The position numbers and the translations under genes were made by a program. The notes under the pieces were generated by a model that was not told the DNA's origin, searched no databases, and saw nothing but the letters and a program-made list of their open reading frames with translations. A stretch of 64,000 bases of DNA. It comes from an uncultured bacterium. GTDB taxonomy: Bacteria > Oederibacteriota > PGYV01 > CAWJRG01. Positions 21,801 to 32,841 of this stretch are shown piece after piece (the stretch's first letter is position 1; the number at the start of each line of letters is the position of its first letter). The stretch covers positions 352,001-416,000 of the forward strand of contig CAWJRG010000009.1 of NCBI GenBank assembly GCA_963845185.1, read 5' to 3'.

Positions 21801-23773
21801 ATACGGGGACGCCAACATTTACAGTAACAAGAACAAACACGGTGACAAATACGCCGACGTATACAGTTACACTAACTTGGACAAGCACACTACAAAACAC
21901 GGCAACTTTAACGGCAACAGGCACAAGCACTACGACAAGGACGCCCACGTACACAATTACACTGACTTTTACATCGACAGTTACACCGACAAATACCAAT
22001 TCACCTGTGGTGTCACCCACACCTACATTTACTAATATAGTTTTTACATGGACAATAACGCAGACATTTACTATATCGCCGACAATAACAATAACAAATA
22101 CACCTCTGCCGACTGGAACAAATACGGGAACACCTACGTTTACTACAACAAGGACAAACACAGAAACATCAACTTTTACTATGACACATACGCCAACGAA
22201 CACAGCAACTCTGACTTGGACAAGCACAGCACAGAATACGGCGACTTTAACAGCAACAGATACAAATACACCGTTACCGACAAGCACAAGCACAAACACA
22301 ACGACACCTACTTTTACAGCTACGAGGACAAACACAGCGACTGATACTCCGACAAACGCGCCTTCATATACAGTAACATTGACTTTTACATTGACGGTTA
22401 CATCAACATTTACCAATTCGCCGGTGGTATCACCTACGCCGACATTTACTAATATAATATTCACGTGGACGATTACGCAAACATTTACAATATCGCCGAC
22501 AATAACAATTACAAACACTCCTACGCATACACCGAGCGATACTCCAACAAATACACTTACTAATACAGAAACAAACACACTGGTAAATACAGCGACAGAT
22601 ACGCTTGTTAATACAAAGACAAACACGCCAGTAAATACAGCAACTGATACACCCATCAATACAGAGACAGATACACCGGTTAATACTGCGACAGATACAC
22701 CAATAAATACAGCAACGGATACACCAGTAAATACAGCAACAGACACACCGGTTGATACAGATACAGACACGCCGGTTGTGTCAGAAACACCGACTTATAC
22801 AGCGACAATTTTTACGCCGACAATTTCACCGACGTCTACCATAACACCAACAATAACATTGACAGATACACCATCATTAACAGACACGGCAACATCGACT
22901 GCAACAGAAACAGAGACTTGGACAAATACATTATTACCTACACTTACAAATACGCCAGAGAATACCGCAACAAGCACAGTGACGCCTACTGTGGGAGCAA
23001 ATCTTGTAGTGGCTATTACTATTTCGCCAGGGAATGCAATGGTTGGCCAGAATATAACCGTAATAATGCAGGTAGTAAATACAGGGACAAATGGTGTGAA
23101 TAATTTACAACCTTCAGCGCTGGCTCAAACAGGCGGTGGAACAGCTGTCCTTGTAAGCGGACCCATGCCTGTAAGCACTGCAATAGTTTCAGATTCAACA
23201 GGATCATTTACATGGGTATATACAGTGACTTCCGTGGCAGGAAATATAGCATTTAGCGGGTCGGCAAGCGGAACAGACGCGATAAACGGCACAATAGTAT
23301 CAAGCTCAATAGTATCAAGTAGTCCATTAATATGCGTTACAGCCACAGCAACAATAGCAAATTCAATTACAGTTACCGTAACATCAACATATACGATAAC
23401 GCCGAGTATTACGGCGACAAATCCAGTGGCGACAGCCAGCTTTACACCGACAAACCAGGTTCCTGTTTTCACGGCTACAGCCACATTTGTAATTACTACG
23501 CAGTTGCCAGGGCCGCCAAGGATATATCCAAACCCGGTAAAAGACAGGTTTAGATATGTATTTCCCCTGACGGAAGATGCAGATATAGAAATAACCATAT
23601 ATACAGCGTCATACAGGTTGATAGCAAGATTTGACCAGAGACAGAGCGCGGGATTAAACACTATTGTAATAGACACACAAGGCATGGCAAACGGAACATA
23701 TTTTATAGTATATAAGCAAAAAGGGCAGACAACAAATACAAAGAGAATTGATAAATTTATTGTATTAAAATAA
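18830..23773 (+). CDS. Secreted GH30 (xylanase-like) + CBM11/CIA30-like module + ~760-aa Thr-rich tract + Ig-like + T9SS type-A-like C-terminal domain
   Basis: IRGFGA, WSPPASMK, QNEPD (acid/base), WETE (nucleophile); beta-sandwich YTGVQFYVKGDG...WTLVTIYFSSL...IDDI; C-terminal IYPNP...KFIVLK. Confidence 0.88.
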   Translation: MKIKVISILICLIALGMSSIIYGGNCTVDWGTVHQSIRGFGACSAWSSTAFPSALADFFFDTSGSNLGISIYRTRIPPDGTMTGEISSVQEALARNANIIVWAAPWSPPASMKNTDNVDTGVLLTSDYQAYANYLTTYAKNFQTAAGVGLYAMSAQNEPDWPTGSYEGCTWSAQQLHDFILNNLGPAMASSNPNVKIMMPESFGDNLAMSDTTLNDSNAAKYVSVVGEHLYGLSGNEPKTPNAYPLAVSLGKEYWETEFYNNSLSSYDATMTEGLNTAVQMHDALTIANFNAYHYWWFVSSGTDNGGLVPTGTTSSSGAPKTAFCFGQFSKFIRPGYVRMDSTVNPTSGVYVSAYQLASTGAFVIVAINTNSSTTSQSFTLNAMSVSSVTPWVTDPNNSLTQQGAQAVSGNSFTYNLTASSVTTFIGVSGNITVSPTVTFTITQTPTPVCGVELDNFASCSTTNAWGAGWYDFADTGTTLTPSPLTLASTSSGSSGCSAQISGTQSTSGYAGLGTNLDSAGTTVNMTAYTGVQFYVKGDGGTYWFQVTEPSVTDGDNFGHSFTAPTTWTLVTIYFSSLAQRGFGTAETFTQNQLEALQWMTTAAGSFNLDIDDIVLISSACNSPTNTPNMTKTNTPTLTRTPTSAQSPTSSSTASYTVTATRTSTLTTTATATLTGTYTATGTLTPVNTATLTITQTFTLTSSRTATSSNTATGTLTFTPTLTVTKTNTLTNTPTYTVTLTWTITSQNTATLTATNTNTALPAATRTNTGTNTITMTETSTGTPTLTVTKTNTLTNTPTYTVTLTWTNTAQNTITLTATGTNTLLPTGTSTSTPTFTSTRTNTPTYTLTLTWTNTPQNTSTLTSTGTNTVSMTATRTNSGTNTITMTETSTPLNTATLTATDTNTATLTLTTTRTNTLTVTLTSTMSNTATPTLTVTLTFTRTVTPTNTNSPAVSPTPTFTNIVFTWTITQTFTVSPTITLTDTPLPTGTNTGTPTFTVTRTNTVTNTPTYTVTLTWTSTLQNTATLTATGTSTTTRTPTYTITLTFTSTVTPTNTNSPVVSPTPTFTNIVFTWTITQTFTISPTITITNTPLPTGTNTGTPTFTTTRTNTETSTFTMTHTPTNTATLTWTSTAQNTATLTATDTNTPLPTSTSTNTTTPTFTATRTNTATDTPTNAPSYTVTLTFTLTVTSTFTNSPVVSPTPTFTNIIFTWTITQTFTISPTITITNTPTHTPSDTPTNTLTNTETNTLVNTATDTLVNTKTNTPVNTATDTPINTETDTPVNTATDTPINTATDTPVNTATDTPVDTDTDTPVVSETPTYTATIFTPTISPTSTITPTITLTDTPSLTDTATSTATETETWTNTLLPTLTNTPENTATSTVTPTVGANLVVAITISPGNAMVGQNITVIMQVVNTGTNGVNNLQPSALAQTGGGTAVLVSGPMPVSTAIVSDSTGSFTWVYTVTSVAGNIAFSGSASGTDAINGTIVSSSIVSSSPLICVTATATIANSITVTVTSTYTITPSITATNPVATASFTPTNQVPVFTATATFVITTQLPGPPRIYPNPVKDRFRYVFPLTEDADIEITIYTASYRLIARFDQRQSAGLNTIVIDTQGMANGTYFIVYKQKGQTTNTKRIDKFIVLK
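22577..22775 (+). repeat. 24-bp (8-aa) degenerate tandem repeats T(P/L)(V/I)NTATD
   Basis: About 8 units TLVNTATD/TPVNTATD/TPINTETD in the GH30 tract. Confidence 0.75.
22774..23773 (+). repeat. ~1-kb direct repeat copy 2 (shared with GH74 gene 3' end)
   Basis: See 17162-18161. Confidence 0.9.
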
Positions 23774-23876
23774 CCGATATAAATAAGCACGCAATAGAAA
23801 ATAAATTGCGGCCATATTTTTTTAATGATGATTATCTAACTGGCAAAATAATTATTGCAAAGGTGAACGAAATAAA

Positions 23877-26800
23877 ATGAAAAAAAAATTACAGAATACC
23901 TTGAGAGTCATAACTGCATATTTAATAATATTATTTTTATTTTCATTTAAACTTTTTGCAGCAAATACTGATATTCGCCTGAATTCGCTGGGTTTCCAGC
24001 CAAGTTACAATAAATATGCATCAATAGATTTGACTTGTACAAATTTCTATGTTGTAACTGTACCAGCTGGTGTGACTGTTTATACTGGCACGGTTGGAAA
24101 TGCCATTAACGCAACAGACAGCGGGGAAACAGTAAGAGTAGCAGATTTTTCATCGTTAACGACCGAAGGAACATATTGCGTTAATGTACCTGGAGTCGGG
24201 AACTCAGCGACCTTTTCAATAAATAAAACGGTTTATAATAATGCATTTTATATGGCCATGAAAGCAATGTATTTGTGGAGATGCGGAACAGCGGTATCAT
24301 ATACATATCCGGCAGACGGTAATACTTATTCCCATGCAGCCTGCCATGAAAATGACGCTTATCTTGATGATGTAGGAGGGCCTAATGGGACTATTAAAAC
24401 AGCCACAGAAGGCTGGCATGATGCAGGTGATTATAATAAATATACTGTAAACGCGGCTATAACACTGGGCATGATGTATATGGCCTGGGAACAGTTCCAA
24501 AATAAGATTAACCAAATACCTTTGAACCTTCCTGTAACTGCTGCCGGATACCCGGAATACCTCGAAGAAACAAAATGGGAGACTGACTGGCTGCTTACAA
24601 TGCAGGCTTCAAATGGAGGAGTATATGACAAGGTAAGTGAAGCTGCTTTCTGCGCTTTTATAATGCCTGAAGCAAATACCGTAGACAGGTACTTTTGGGG
24701 TTATGGCAATATTGGGACGGTTGAAACGGCAACATTCTGCGCTGTGATGGCGATGGGCGCGAGAATATATTCACCTTATGATTCTGCTTATTCGACGAAA
24801 TGCCTTAATGCAGCATCAGCCGCCTATAGTTATCTGACAAATAATGCGACTAACACCACGGCAAACCTTACGGGATGCACGACCGGGAACTATAGCACAA
24901 GCGATGCCAATGAAGGAAGACTTTGGGCAGCTGCGGAAATGTGGGAGACGACAGGTACCGCTACGTTTTTGAATGATTTTGAAACAAGGGCAAATGGATA
25001 TTCTCCAACTTATGTTGATTCTGATTTTGACTGGTCGAATGATAAAAACCTTGGCATGTATACATACGTTCTGTCAACAAAATCAGGAAAGAATGCCACG
25101 CTTCTGACAAATATTAAAAATAATATCATATCCGATGCTAATGGAATCACGACAACTGCATTCAGCCATCCTTATGGACGTCCGCTTGGCACAAACTATT
25201 ACTGGGGATGCAACGGAGGCAATGAGAGGACGGCCATGCTCCTGCAAATAGCAAACCAAATATCGCCGAGTACTAATTATCTTAACGGCGTACTTGATGC
25301 TGTTGCTTATGTCTTTGGCAGAAATATGCATGACAGGTCGTATATTACAGGTGTTGGAATCAACCCGCCGATGAACCCGCACCACAGGCCTTCGGGAGCA
25401 GACGGCATTACCAATCCATGGCCGGGATACATGGTCGGAGGGTCATCAGGAGCAAACAGCAATGACCCTGTTGAAACACTCACGCCGACAGGGCTACCGC
25501 CTGCAGAATACTGGACAGACCAGCAGGGAGCGTATTCGTCAAATGAGGTTGCAATAAATTGGGAGGGCGCGCTTATTTACGCTCTTGCAGGGTTTATAGA
25601 TTTTGATATAACTAATACAGTGACAGTATCGCCGACCCTTACAAAGACAACACAACCAACGTTCACAATTACTCCAACACAAACAGCCACAGGGACTAGG
25701 ACAGATACTTTTACCATAACTCCGACAAGTACTCCAAGCAGAACTGCTTCAGGCACTTTTACAGCTACGGCAACGTTTTCCGGAACCCAAACGTTGACAT
25801 TAACGCAAACATTTACTTATTCTGTAACTGCCACATGGTCGCCTACGAGAACAGGCACACCCACTTATTCAAGCACTGTTTCCGCTACGTCTACATTCAC
25901 CGGGACAGTGACACCAAGTTTTTCCCAAACCAACACAATACTTTTATCAAGGACAGCAACTCCTACTTTCAGCTTTACGGCAACAATGTCATTTACAGCG
26001 ACAGGGACAGAAACGCCAACCAGCACTCCTACAGCTTCCAATACCATTACAAGCACATTTACTGGAACAACGACACAGACACGCACGTCGTCATTTACAG
26101 ATACGGCTACTTTTACCTTGACAGTAACGTCAACATTTTCTCCTACGTCGACTTATACGCAGACTTCTACCGCCACAAGAACAGCTACTTTGACATATAC
26201 TTTGACTAATACGGCCACTTCAACTTTTAGTGCAACGGGCACGGATACACTTACAGCCTCGGCTACCAGAACTCCTTCGGCAAGTTTAACAATAAGCATT
26301 ACACTCACGAATACGTCAACGCCATCATTTACGCAAAGCGCGACAGTAACTAATTCAAGTACATTAACACAAACAGCTTTTTATACTGCAACAAAGACAT
26401 TTACGTTAACAGCGACAGGGACAGAAACGCCAACCAGCACTCCTACAGCTTCCAATACCATTACAAGCACATTTACTGGTACAACGACGCAGACACGCAC
26501 ACCTTCGTTTACAAATACATTGACTTTTACTTTCACATCAACATCAACTCTTTCTGTCACGCCGACAGATACACGGACTTCTACCTTGACCGCCACAATA
26601 ACAAATTCGCCGGTAGTATCGCCAACTCCCACATTTACAAATATTGTGTTTACATGGACAATAACACCAACATATTCCATTTCCCCAACGGTAACGCTGA
26701 CGTCGAGTAGCACACTAACGAATACGGCAACGCCCTCGTTTACAGCGAGTGTTACAGGAACTAATTCAAGTACGGCAACACAAACAGTTTCTTATACAGC

Positions 26801-28478
26801 AACAAGGACATTTACATTAACGGCGACAGGGACAGCAACGCCAACCAGTACGCCTACAGCTTCAAATACCATTACAAGCACTTTGACTGGCACAGCGACG
26901 CAGACGCGGACGCCTTCGGTTACAGATACGGGCACTTTTACTGCAACAACAACATTAACCATCTCTAATACACCAACACATACACCAACTTTTACTTTGA
27001 CAATTACAATTACAAATTCGCCGACCATTACATTAACAGCGACAGGGACAAGTACGCCAACCAGTACTCCCACAGCTTCAAATTCAATAACAGTCACTTT
27101 TACGGGTACAGCGACTCATACTCAGACACCTACACTTACAGATACGCCGACTTTTACTTTAACAGTAACGTTAACACTTTCTTATACTCCAACACATACC
27201 CCTACTTTCACTTTGACCGTCACAATAACAAATTCACCGGTTGTATCGCCAACACCCACATTCACAAATATAGTGTTTACGTGGACAATAACACCGACAT
27301 ATACTATTTCCCCAACAATAACACTTACGATGACGTCGAGCAATACACTAACAAATACAGCAACACCGACAAGCACATTTACAGGGACTGTGACACAGAC
27401 ACCTTCATTTACATATTCGGCAACTTTCACTTTGACGGCTACATTAACTCTGTCTCCAACGCAGACATATAGCTCAACTTCTACTTTGACAATAACACTA
27501 ACGCTTTCTTCCACGAAAACAGAAACGACGACTTGCACTTTGACAGCCACAATTACAGATTCGCCAGTAATATCACCGACACCTACATTTACTTCTATTA
27601 TTTTTACATGGACAATAACACCGACATTAACAATTTCCCCAACGATAACACTGACTCAGGCAAATACATTTACAAATACTCCAACATCCTCTATCACAGT
27701 TACAAGCACGGAGACACAGACACCTTCGTATACAGATACGGAGACTCTTACTCTGACATTAACGTCAACGCTTTCTTCGACGGCTACAGAAACGTCGACT
27801 TGCACTTTGACAGTCACAATTACAAATTCTCCTGTGGTAACGCCAACGCCGACATTCACAAATATTGTGTTTACGTGGACAATAACGCCGACATATACTA
27901 TTTCCGCAACAATAACGCTGACGCCAAGCAATACACTTACAAATACACCAACGATTTCATTGACACCAAGCGCTACAGGAACTAATTCGAGCACAGAGAC
28001 GCAAACAGTTTCCTTTACAGCAACCGCAACAGTTACATTTACAAATTCAATAACGCCTTCAGAAACATTAACACTTTCTCAAACACTTACAGCTTCAACC
28101 ACATTAACTCCAACGATAAACCCCATATTAACAATAACAGCGACAGCCACTGTAGAGCAGGAAAAACACAAAAAGCCAAAACCATATCCCAACCCTTTGA
28201 ATCCAAAAATAATACCGGAATTATATATTGCATATAGTTTTGATGATACAGATATTGACAGTGTAAAGTTCAGAATGTATACATCGGCTTACAGATTAAT
28301 AAGGGAAATAAAATTTGAAAAGTCAGAAGCCATGGCAATGGCACAACAGGGAATAATAACGTGCTCGACGGACGGGTTAAAAGATTTAAGCAGCGGTTCA
28401 TATTTTTATATTATTTTAACAGAAAAAGCAGGAAAAGAACAAAGTTCAAAAATCGATACTATTATTATTTTAAAATGA
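23877..28478 (+). CDS. Secreted GH9 endoglucanase (N-terminal Ig domain) + ~850-aa Thr-rich tract + T9SS type-A-like C-terminal domain
   Basis: IRLNSLGF (CelD_N), [24 protein letters not shown]-terminal PYPNP...[10 protein letters not shown]...LSSGSYFY...TIIILK. Confidence 0.9.
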   Translation: MKKKLQNTLRVITAYLIILFLFSFKLFAANTDIRLNSLGFQPSYNKYASIDLTCTNFYVVTVPAGVTVYTGTVGNAINATDSGETVRVADFSSLTTEGTYCVNVPGVGNSATFSINKTVYNNAFYMAMKAMYLWRCGTAVSYTYPADGNTYSHAACHENDAYLDDVGGPNGTIKTATEGWHDAGDYNKYTVNAAITLGMMYMAWEQFQNKINQIPLNLPVTAAGYPEYLEETKWETDWLLTMQASNGGVYDKVSEAAFCAFIMPEANTVDRYFWGYGNIGTVETATFCAVMAMGARIYSPYDSAYSTKCLNAASAAYSYLTNNATNTTANLTGCTTGNYSTSDANEGRLWAAAEMWETTGTATFLNDFETRANGYSPTYVDSDFDWSNDKNLGMYTYVLSTKSGKNATLLTNIKNNIISDANGITTTAFSHPYGRPLGTNYYWGCNGGNERTAMLLQIANQISPSTNYLNGVLDAVAYVFGRNMHDRSYITGVGINPPMNPHHRPSGADGITNPWPGYMVGGSSGANSNDPVETLTPTGLPPAEYWTDQQGAYSSNEVAINWEGALIYALAGFIDFDITNTVTVSPTLTKTTQPTFTITPTQTATGTRTDTFTITPTSTPSRTASGTFTATATFSGTQTLTLTQTFTYSVTATWSPTRTGTPTYSSTVSATSTFTGTVTPSFSQTNTILLSRTATPTFSFTATMSFTATGTETPTSTPTASNTITSTFTGTTTQTRTSSFTDTATFTLTVTSTFSPTSTYTQTSTATRTATLTYTLTNTATSTFSATGTDTLTASATRTPSASLTISITLTNTSTPSFTQSATVTNSSTLTQTAFYTATKTFTLTATGTETPTSTPTASNTITSTFTGTTTQTRTPSFTNTLTFTFTSTSTLSVTPTDTRTSTLTATITNSPVVSPTPTFTNIVFTWTITPTYSISPTVTLTSSSTLTNTATPSFTASVTGTNSSTATQTVSYTATRTFTLTATGTATPTSTPTASNTITSTLTGTATQTRTPSVTDTGTFTATTTLTISNTPTHTPTFTLTITITNSPTITLTATGTSTPTSTPTASNSITVTFTGTATHTQTPTLTDTPTFTLTVTLTLSYTPTHTPTFTLTVTITNSPVVSPTPTFTNIVFTWTITPTYTISPTITLTMTSSNTLTNTATPTSTFTGTVTQTPSFTYSATFTLTATLTLSPTQTYSSTSTLTITLTLSSTKTETTTCTLTATITDSPVISPTPTFTSIIFTWTITPTLTISPTITLTQANTFTNTPTSSITVTSTETQTPSYTDTETLTLTLTSTLSSTATETSTCTLTVTITNSPVVTPTPTFTNIVFTWTITPTYTISATITLTPSNTLTNTPTISLTPSATGTNSSTETQTVSFTATATVTFTNSITPSETLTLSQTLTASTTLTPTINPILTITATATVEQEKHKKPKPYPNPLNPKIIPELYIAYSFDDTDIDSVKFRMYTSAYRLIREIKFEKSEAMAMAQQGIITCSTDGLKDLSSGSYFYIILTEKAGKEQSSKIDTIIILK

Positions 28479-28675
28479 CCGGTATTTTTAAATCTGCAAT
28501 GAAATAAAATCAAATGAATTCCAAAATATTTATTTCACAATGGGGGACTTTTTATGATTATAATGAAAAAATCTGTTTACAACAAATAATTTTAATAATA
28601 TAATAAAAGGGATATAACAGAAAATAAAGTAAAATATTATAAAATCTAAGGTATCATATGGTGAAATGAGTTAAC

Positions 28676-30526
28676 ATGAAAATAACAAGAAAAACAAGGA
28701 AATTAAAAAAGGCATTATCGAAACATACAAACAAATCAAAAAATATAAAAAAATACTTAAATAATATAAAATCAAAACTCCATTTTTCTGAAGAATTCTG
28801 CAACAAACTTGTCATGACATCGCCTGACTCCGTTGTTCTTATTGATACAAAAAGCAAAATTATTTACGTGTCCGAAAGAACCGTTGAAATGTGCGGGTGC
28901 AAGTCCAGCGATGATTTAATCGGCAAAAACGCGTTTGATTTTTTCGCTTCCGAAGACAGGCAAAGGGCAACCTTCAATCTCCAAAAAACATTTGGCGAAG
29001 GTTTTGTCGGCAAAACGCAATACACAATGCTCAAAAGCAATGGGGAAAAATATTTAGCTGAATTAAACGCCACGGTTATCAAAGACATTAAAGGTACACC
29101 TATGGCTGTCATGGCTACAATAAGAGATATGACGGAATCCAAGAAAAAGGATGAAAAGGTAAAAACGAGCGAGGAAAAATATGAAACTCTTTTTAATTCT
29201 GCGAATGATTCAATATTTGTCCACGAAATAACAAAAGACCTTCAACCAGGCAGGTTTATAGAGGCAAATGAAATATCATACAAGAGACTCGGATATACAA
29301 GGGAGGAATTTTTAAAATTAGGACCATTTGACATAATTCCGCAGGGGAATATGCAAAAGACATTGTGGGCATGGGAAAAAATTTTTAAAGAAAAGAGTGC
29401 AGTATTTGAAACCGAGGCAAAAACCAAAAACGGCAATATGATTCCTATTGAAGTGAACGCCCATTTAATTGAAAAAAATGGCGGACTTCAATTATTGGTT
29501 ATAGCCCGCGATATTACTCAGCGAAAGCGAGATGAGGAAATTTTAAGGATTTCGGAGTCAAATTACAGGTCTATTTTCAACGGAATGGATGATTCGGTAG
29601 TGCTTTTAGACATTGAAACCAAAAAAGTAATTGACATGAACGAAGCCGCCGTAGAAAAACTCAGCATTGCCAATAAAGAAATTAAAAATTTTAATATAAA
29701 AGATTTTGGCTCTGCTGAGCCGCCGTATTCAAAACAGGACGTGATGAAGTGGATTGAAAAGACCATAAACGAAGGGCCGCAGTTATTTGAGTGGAAAAGA
29801 ATAGACAGCAAAGGCGATATTATGTGGATGGAAGTCAGCTTGAGAAAAACAGTAATAAACAACAGAGAATGCCTGCTTGCTATAAACAGAAATATAAACG
29901 CACGGAAAAAAGCGGAGGATGAATCAAAGCAAAGCTATAAAATGATTGAAAAAATTTTGGATGGTGTTATCCAGACAATGGAAAATCTTGTTGAAAAAAA
30001 AGACATATATACCGTGGGGCATCAGCGCAGGACAGCTGAAGTCGCCACTTTAATAGCGCTTGATATGGGTTTTTCTGAATCCAGGGCAAACGGCGTTTAT
30101 ACGGCCGCAAGGATACACGATATAGGGAAAATATTTGTACCGGGCAATATATTAAATAAAGTTGAACCACTGACTGGGGAAGAATTTGGGCAGATAAAGA
30201 TGCATGCGCAGGCCGGTTATGAAATATTAAAAGCAATAGATTTCCCGTGGCCCATAGCACAGATGATTCGACAGCACCACGAAAGAATGGACGGTTCCGG
30301 ATACCCATTGGGATTAAAAGGCGAGGATATACTCATCGAAGCAAGGATAATCGCTGTGGCTGACGTTGTAGAGGCAATCACGTTTGAGCGGCCATACAGG
30401 GCAGCTTTTGGCCTTAACATAGCACTTAACGAATTAAAAAAGAACCGAGGAAGGCTTTATGATGAGAAAGTTGTAGATGCATGCCTTAAAATATTCGAGG
30501 AAAATAAGTTTGTATTCAAAAAATAA
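28676..30526 (+). CDS. PAS-PAS-PAS HD-GYP c-di-GMP phosphodiesterase
   Basis: Three PAS/PAC units (RDMTE, RDITQRK, RNINARK); IHDIGK, HHERMDGSGYP, IAVADVVEA, RPYR. Confidence 0.92.
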   Translation: MKITRKTRKLKKALSKHTNKSKNIKKYLNNIKSKLHFSEEFCNKLVMTSPDSVVLIDTKSKIIYVSERTVEMCGCKSSDDLIGKNAFDFFASEDRQRATFNLQKTFGEGFVGKTQYTMLKSNGEKYLAELNATVIKDIKGTPMAVMATIRDMTESKKKDEKVKTSEEKYETLFNSANDSIFVHEITKDLQPGRFIEANEISYKRLGYTREEFLKLGPFDIIPQGNMQKTLWAWEKIFKEKSAVFETEAKTKNGNMIPIEVNAHLIEKNGGLQLLVIARDITQRKRDEEILRISESNYRSIFNGMDDSVVLLDIETKKVIDMNEAAVEKLSIANKEIKNFNIKDFGSAEPPYSKQDVMKWIEKTINEGPQLFEWKRIDSKGDIMWMEVSLRKTVINNRECLLAINRNINARKKAEDESKQSYKMIEKILDGVIQTMENLVEKKDIYTVGHQRRTAEVATLIALDMGFSESRANGVYTAARIHDIGKIFVPGNILNKVEPLTGEEFGQIKMHAQAGYEILKAIDFPWPIAQMIRQHHERMDGSGYPLGLKGEDILIEARIIAVADVVEAITFERPYRAAFGLNIALNELKKNRGRLYDEKVVDACLKIFEENKFVFKK

Positions 30527-30592
30527 AATCCAAAAGATATTGCTTTCGCAAAAAAATATGATTGGGGAAATCAATGACACAAGAGGTGAAAA

Positions 30593-32191
30593 ATGAAAAA
30601 AATATATTTTTGTATAATTAATATTGTAATAATTTTATCATCTTCAATTTTTGTATCGGCGGTAGATATTACTATCGATACATCGAAGGGAAGAACGAAG
30701 ATAAGTCAATATATTTATGGGACCAATCAGCCGATTGAAGGCGGGGAAAATTTTACAGCATGGCGGCTTGGCGGAAACAGGATGACGGGTTATAATTGGG
30801 AAAACAACGCGTCAAATGCCGGCAATGACTGGCAGCATTCAAGCGATAATTACATGATTGATTCGCTTGCAATTTCCACAAACCAGTCAAACGAGCCGGC
30901 AAGGACAATCACTTATTTCCATGAGAAATCCCTTTCAATGAATGCGTATTCGCTTGTAACACTCCAAATGGCAGGTTATGTTGCAAAAGATAAAAATGGT
31001 ACGGTGACGGAGCAGGAAACAGCTCCTTCGCCAAGATGGGCGCAGGTCGTGTTCTCAAAAGGCAAGCCTTTTTCCATGAACCCGGATACAGAAGATAATT
31101 TTGTTTATATGGATGAGGAAGTAAATTATTTAGTTAATAAATTCGGCAATGCATCCACGCCGAAAGGCATTAAGGGCTATGCGCTCGACAACGAACCTGA
31201 TATCTGGATGGGTACTCATCCGAGAATACATCCCAAAAAGCAGACGTGTGAGGAAATTATTTCAAAATCCGTCGCACTGGCAAAAGCAGTGAAAAACGTG
31301 GATCCTTACGCCGAAATATTCGGGCCTGCATCTTATGGGTTTAACGGGTTTAAAACTTTTCAGGATGCTCCTGACTGGTACAGTAAATACCAGGATAAAT
31401 ATGACTGGTTTTTATCCTATTATCTTGACATGATGAGAAAGGAATCAAAAAAAGCAGATAAAAGGCTGCTTGATGTTCTGGATGTTCACTGGTATCCTGA
31501 AGCACAGGGAGAAGGCAAAAGAATTGTAACCAACGGAGTTTTTCCCGGGATAAATGCCGCTGCAAGGGTACAGGCGCCAAGATCTTTATGGGACCCAACA
31601 TATACGGAAACAAGTTGGATATGCCAAACAGGCGGTTGCCCAATACAATTGATTCCACACCTGCAAAAATCCATAAAAAAATATTATCCGGGTACCAAAA
31701 TAGGCATCACCGAATATGATTACGGAGGCGGTGAACATATATCGGGCGGCATAGCCATGGCTGATGTACTAGGGATATTCGGCAAATACAGCATCTATTT
31801 TGCCACTTACTGGAATTCAGAAAGCGGCACATATACATCTGCTGCCTTTAAACTTTACAGGAACTATGACGGTAATTACGGGACATTCGGCGACACCAAG
31901 GTAAAATCAGAAACCGATGATGTAGCCGATATGCCTGTATATGCTTCGATAAATGGCAAGGATGACTCATCACTCCATGTTATCGTTATCAACAGGGATA
32001 TGAGCAATACACAGACAGCACATTTTACGATAACATCACCGCAAGAATATAAGTCCGGAGTAGCATGGGGTTTCGATAGAATAGACGCAAAAATAAAAAT
32101 TAAAGCAAATATTGCTGAGATTAAAAAGAATTCATTTAGTTTGGAAATACCACCGCTTAGCGCATATCATATAATATTAAATTCAAAATAA
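30593..32191 (+). CDS. GH44 endoglucanase/xyloglucanase, secreted, no Thr tract or C-terminal sorting domain
   Basis: RLGGNRMTGYNWENNASNAG, LDNEPDIW, LDVHWYPE, ITEYDYGG. Confidence 0.9.
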   Translation: MKKIYFCIINIVIILSSSIFVSAVDITIDTSKGRTKISQYIYGTNQPIEGGENFTAWRLGGNRMTGYNWENNASNAGNDWQHSSDNYMIDSLAISTNQSNEPARTITYFHEKSLSMNAYSLVTLQMAGYVAKDKNGTVTEQETAPSPRWAQVVFSKGKPFSMNPDTEDNFVYMDEEVNYLVNKFGNASTPKGIKGYALDNEPDIWMGTHPRIHPKKQTCEEIISKSVALAKAVKNVDPYAEIFGPASYGFNGFKTFQDAPDWYSKYQDKYDWFLSYYLDMMRKESKKADKRLLDVLDVHWYPEAQGEGKRIVTNGVFPGINAAARVQAPRSLWDPTYTETSWICQTGGCPIQLIPHLQKSIKKYYPGTKIGITEYDYGGGEHISGGIAMADVLGIFGKYSIYFATYWNSESGTYTSAAFKLYRNYDGNYGTFGDTKVKSETDDVADMPVYASINGKDDSSLHVIVINRDMSNTQTAHFTITSPQEYKSGVAWGFDRIDAKIKIKANIAEIKKNSFSLEIPPLSAYHIILNSK

Positions 32192-32841
32192 GTTATCAGC
32201 ATTAACATTAATTGGAAACAGTTATTATTGGCAATGGCACATCTGGTTTTTCAGGATATTGCAAATTTATAATAGCAGATTGAATTTATTTTTTATTGAA
32301 AAATGTTGCAATTTATCAGCAAATCCTTTATTATAATGTTCGGCTTTAAAGTTAATTAAAATATAAGGGAGAATAAGTAATGAACTTACAGGATATTTTT
32401 GCCATGCTTGCTGGTGCAGCAGTTGTATTTTTGGGAATTTTCATAGCAATAGTTATAAAGAATATTAAAGTATTGAAAAAACCAAAAATATCTGCAACAA
32501 CTGCTGATGATAAAACAGCTCTAAAGAATAAAAATATAGTAATAACCAATTTAAACTTAAAAGAAAACAATTCGTGGGATAATCCGCAAATACAACTATG
32601 GCTGTCAAATCCGCTAGGGTACGGCAGGAGGGATGCTGATGAAAAACTGCCTTTGGAAGGCAAAGTAATTAATCCGCCTAAAGAAGGCTTCGTGAGAATA
32701 TTTATAATGCTGGCGCCCAAAAATTTTTGGAAACAGGGTGATTTTGTACTGAACAATAGGGGTGAATGGAAAGCAATGATTTATCTTGCCTCCGGCCCTG
32801 ATGAGAAATATAAAAAAACAATAAGAATAGAGTTATATGAA

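Noticed and set aside
15089..27994. Long Val-rich minus-strand ORFs (e.g. 21226-22770, 15413-16270) and off-frame plus-strand ORFs
   Set aside because: Shadows of ACN-rich Thr codons in the real + strand genes; no RBS or domain signal
15045..28150. Repeats as a CRISPR array or DGR template/variable pair
   Set aside because: All repeats are in-frame coding units; no repeat-spacer pattern, cas gene or reverse transcriptase; differences between the 1-kb copies are not adenine-specific by eye
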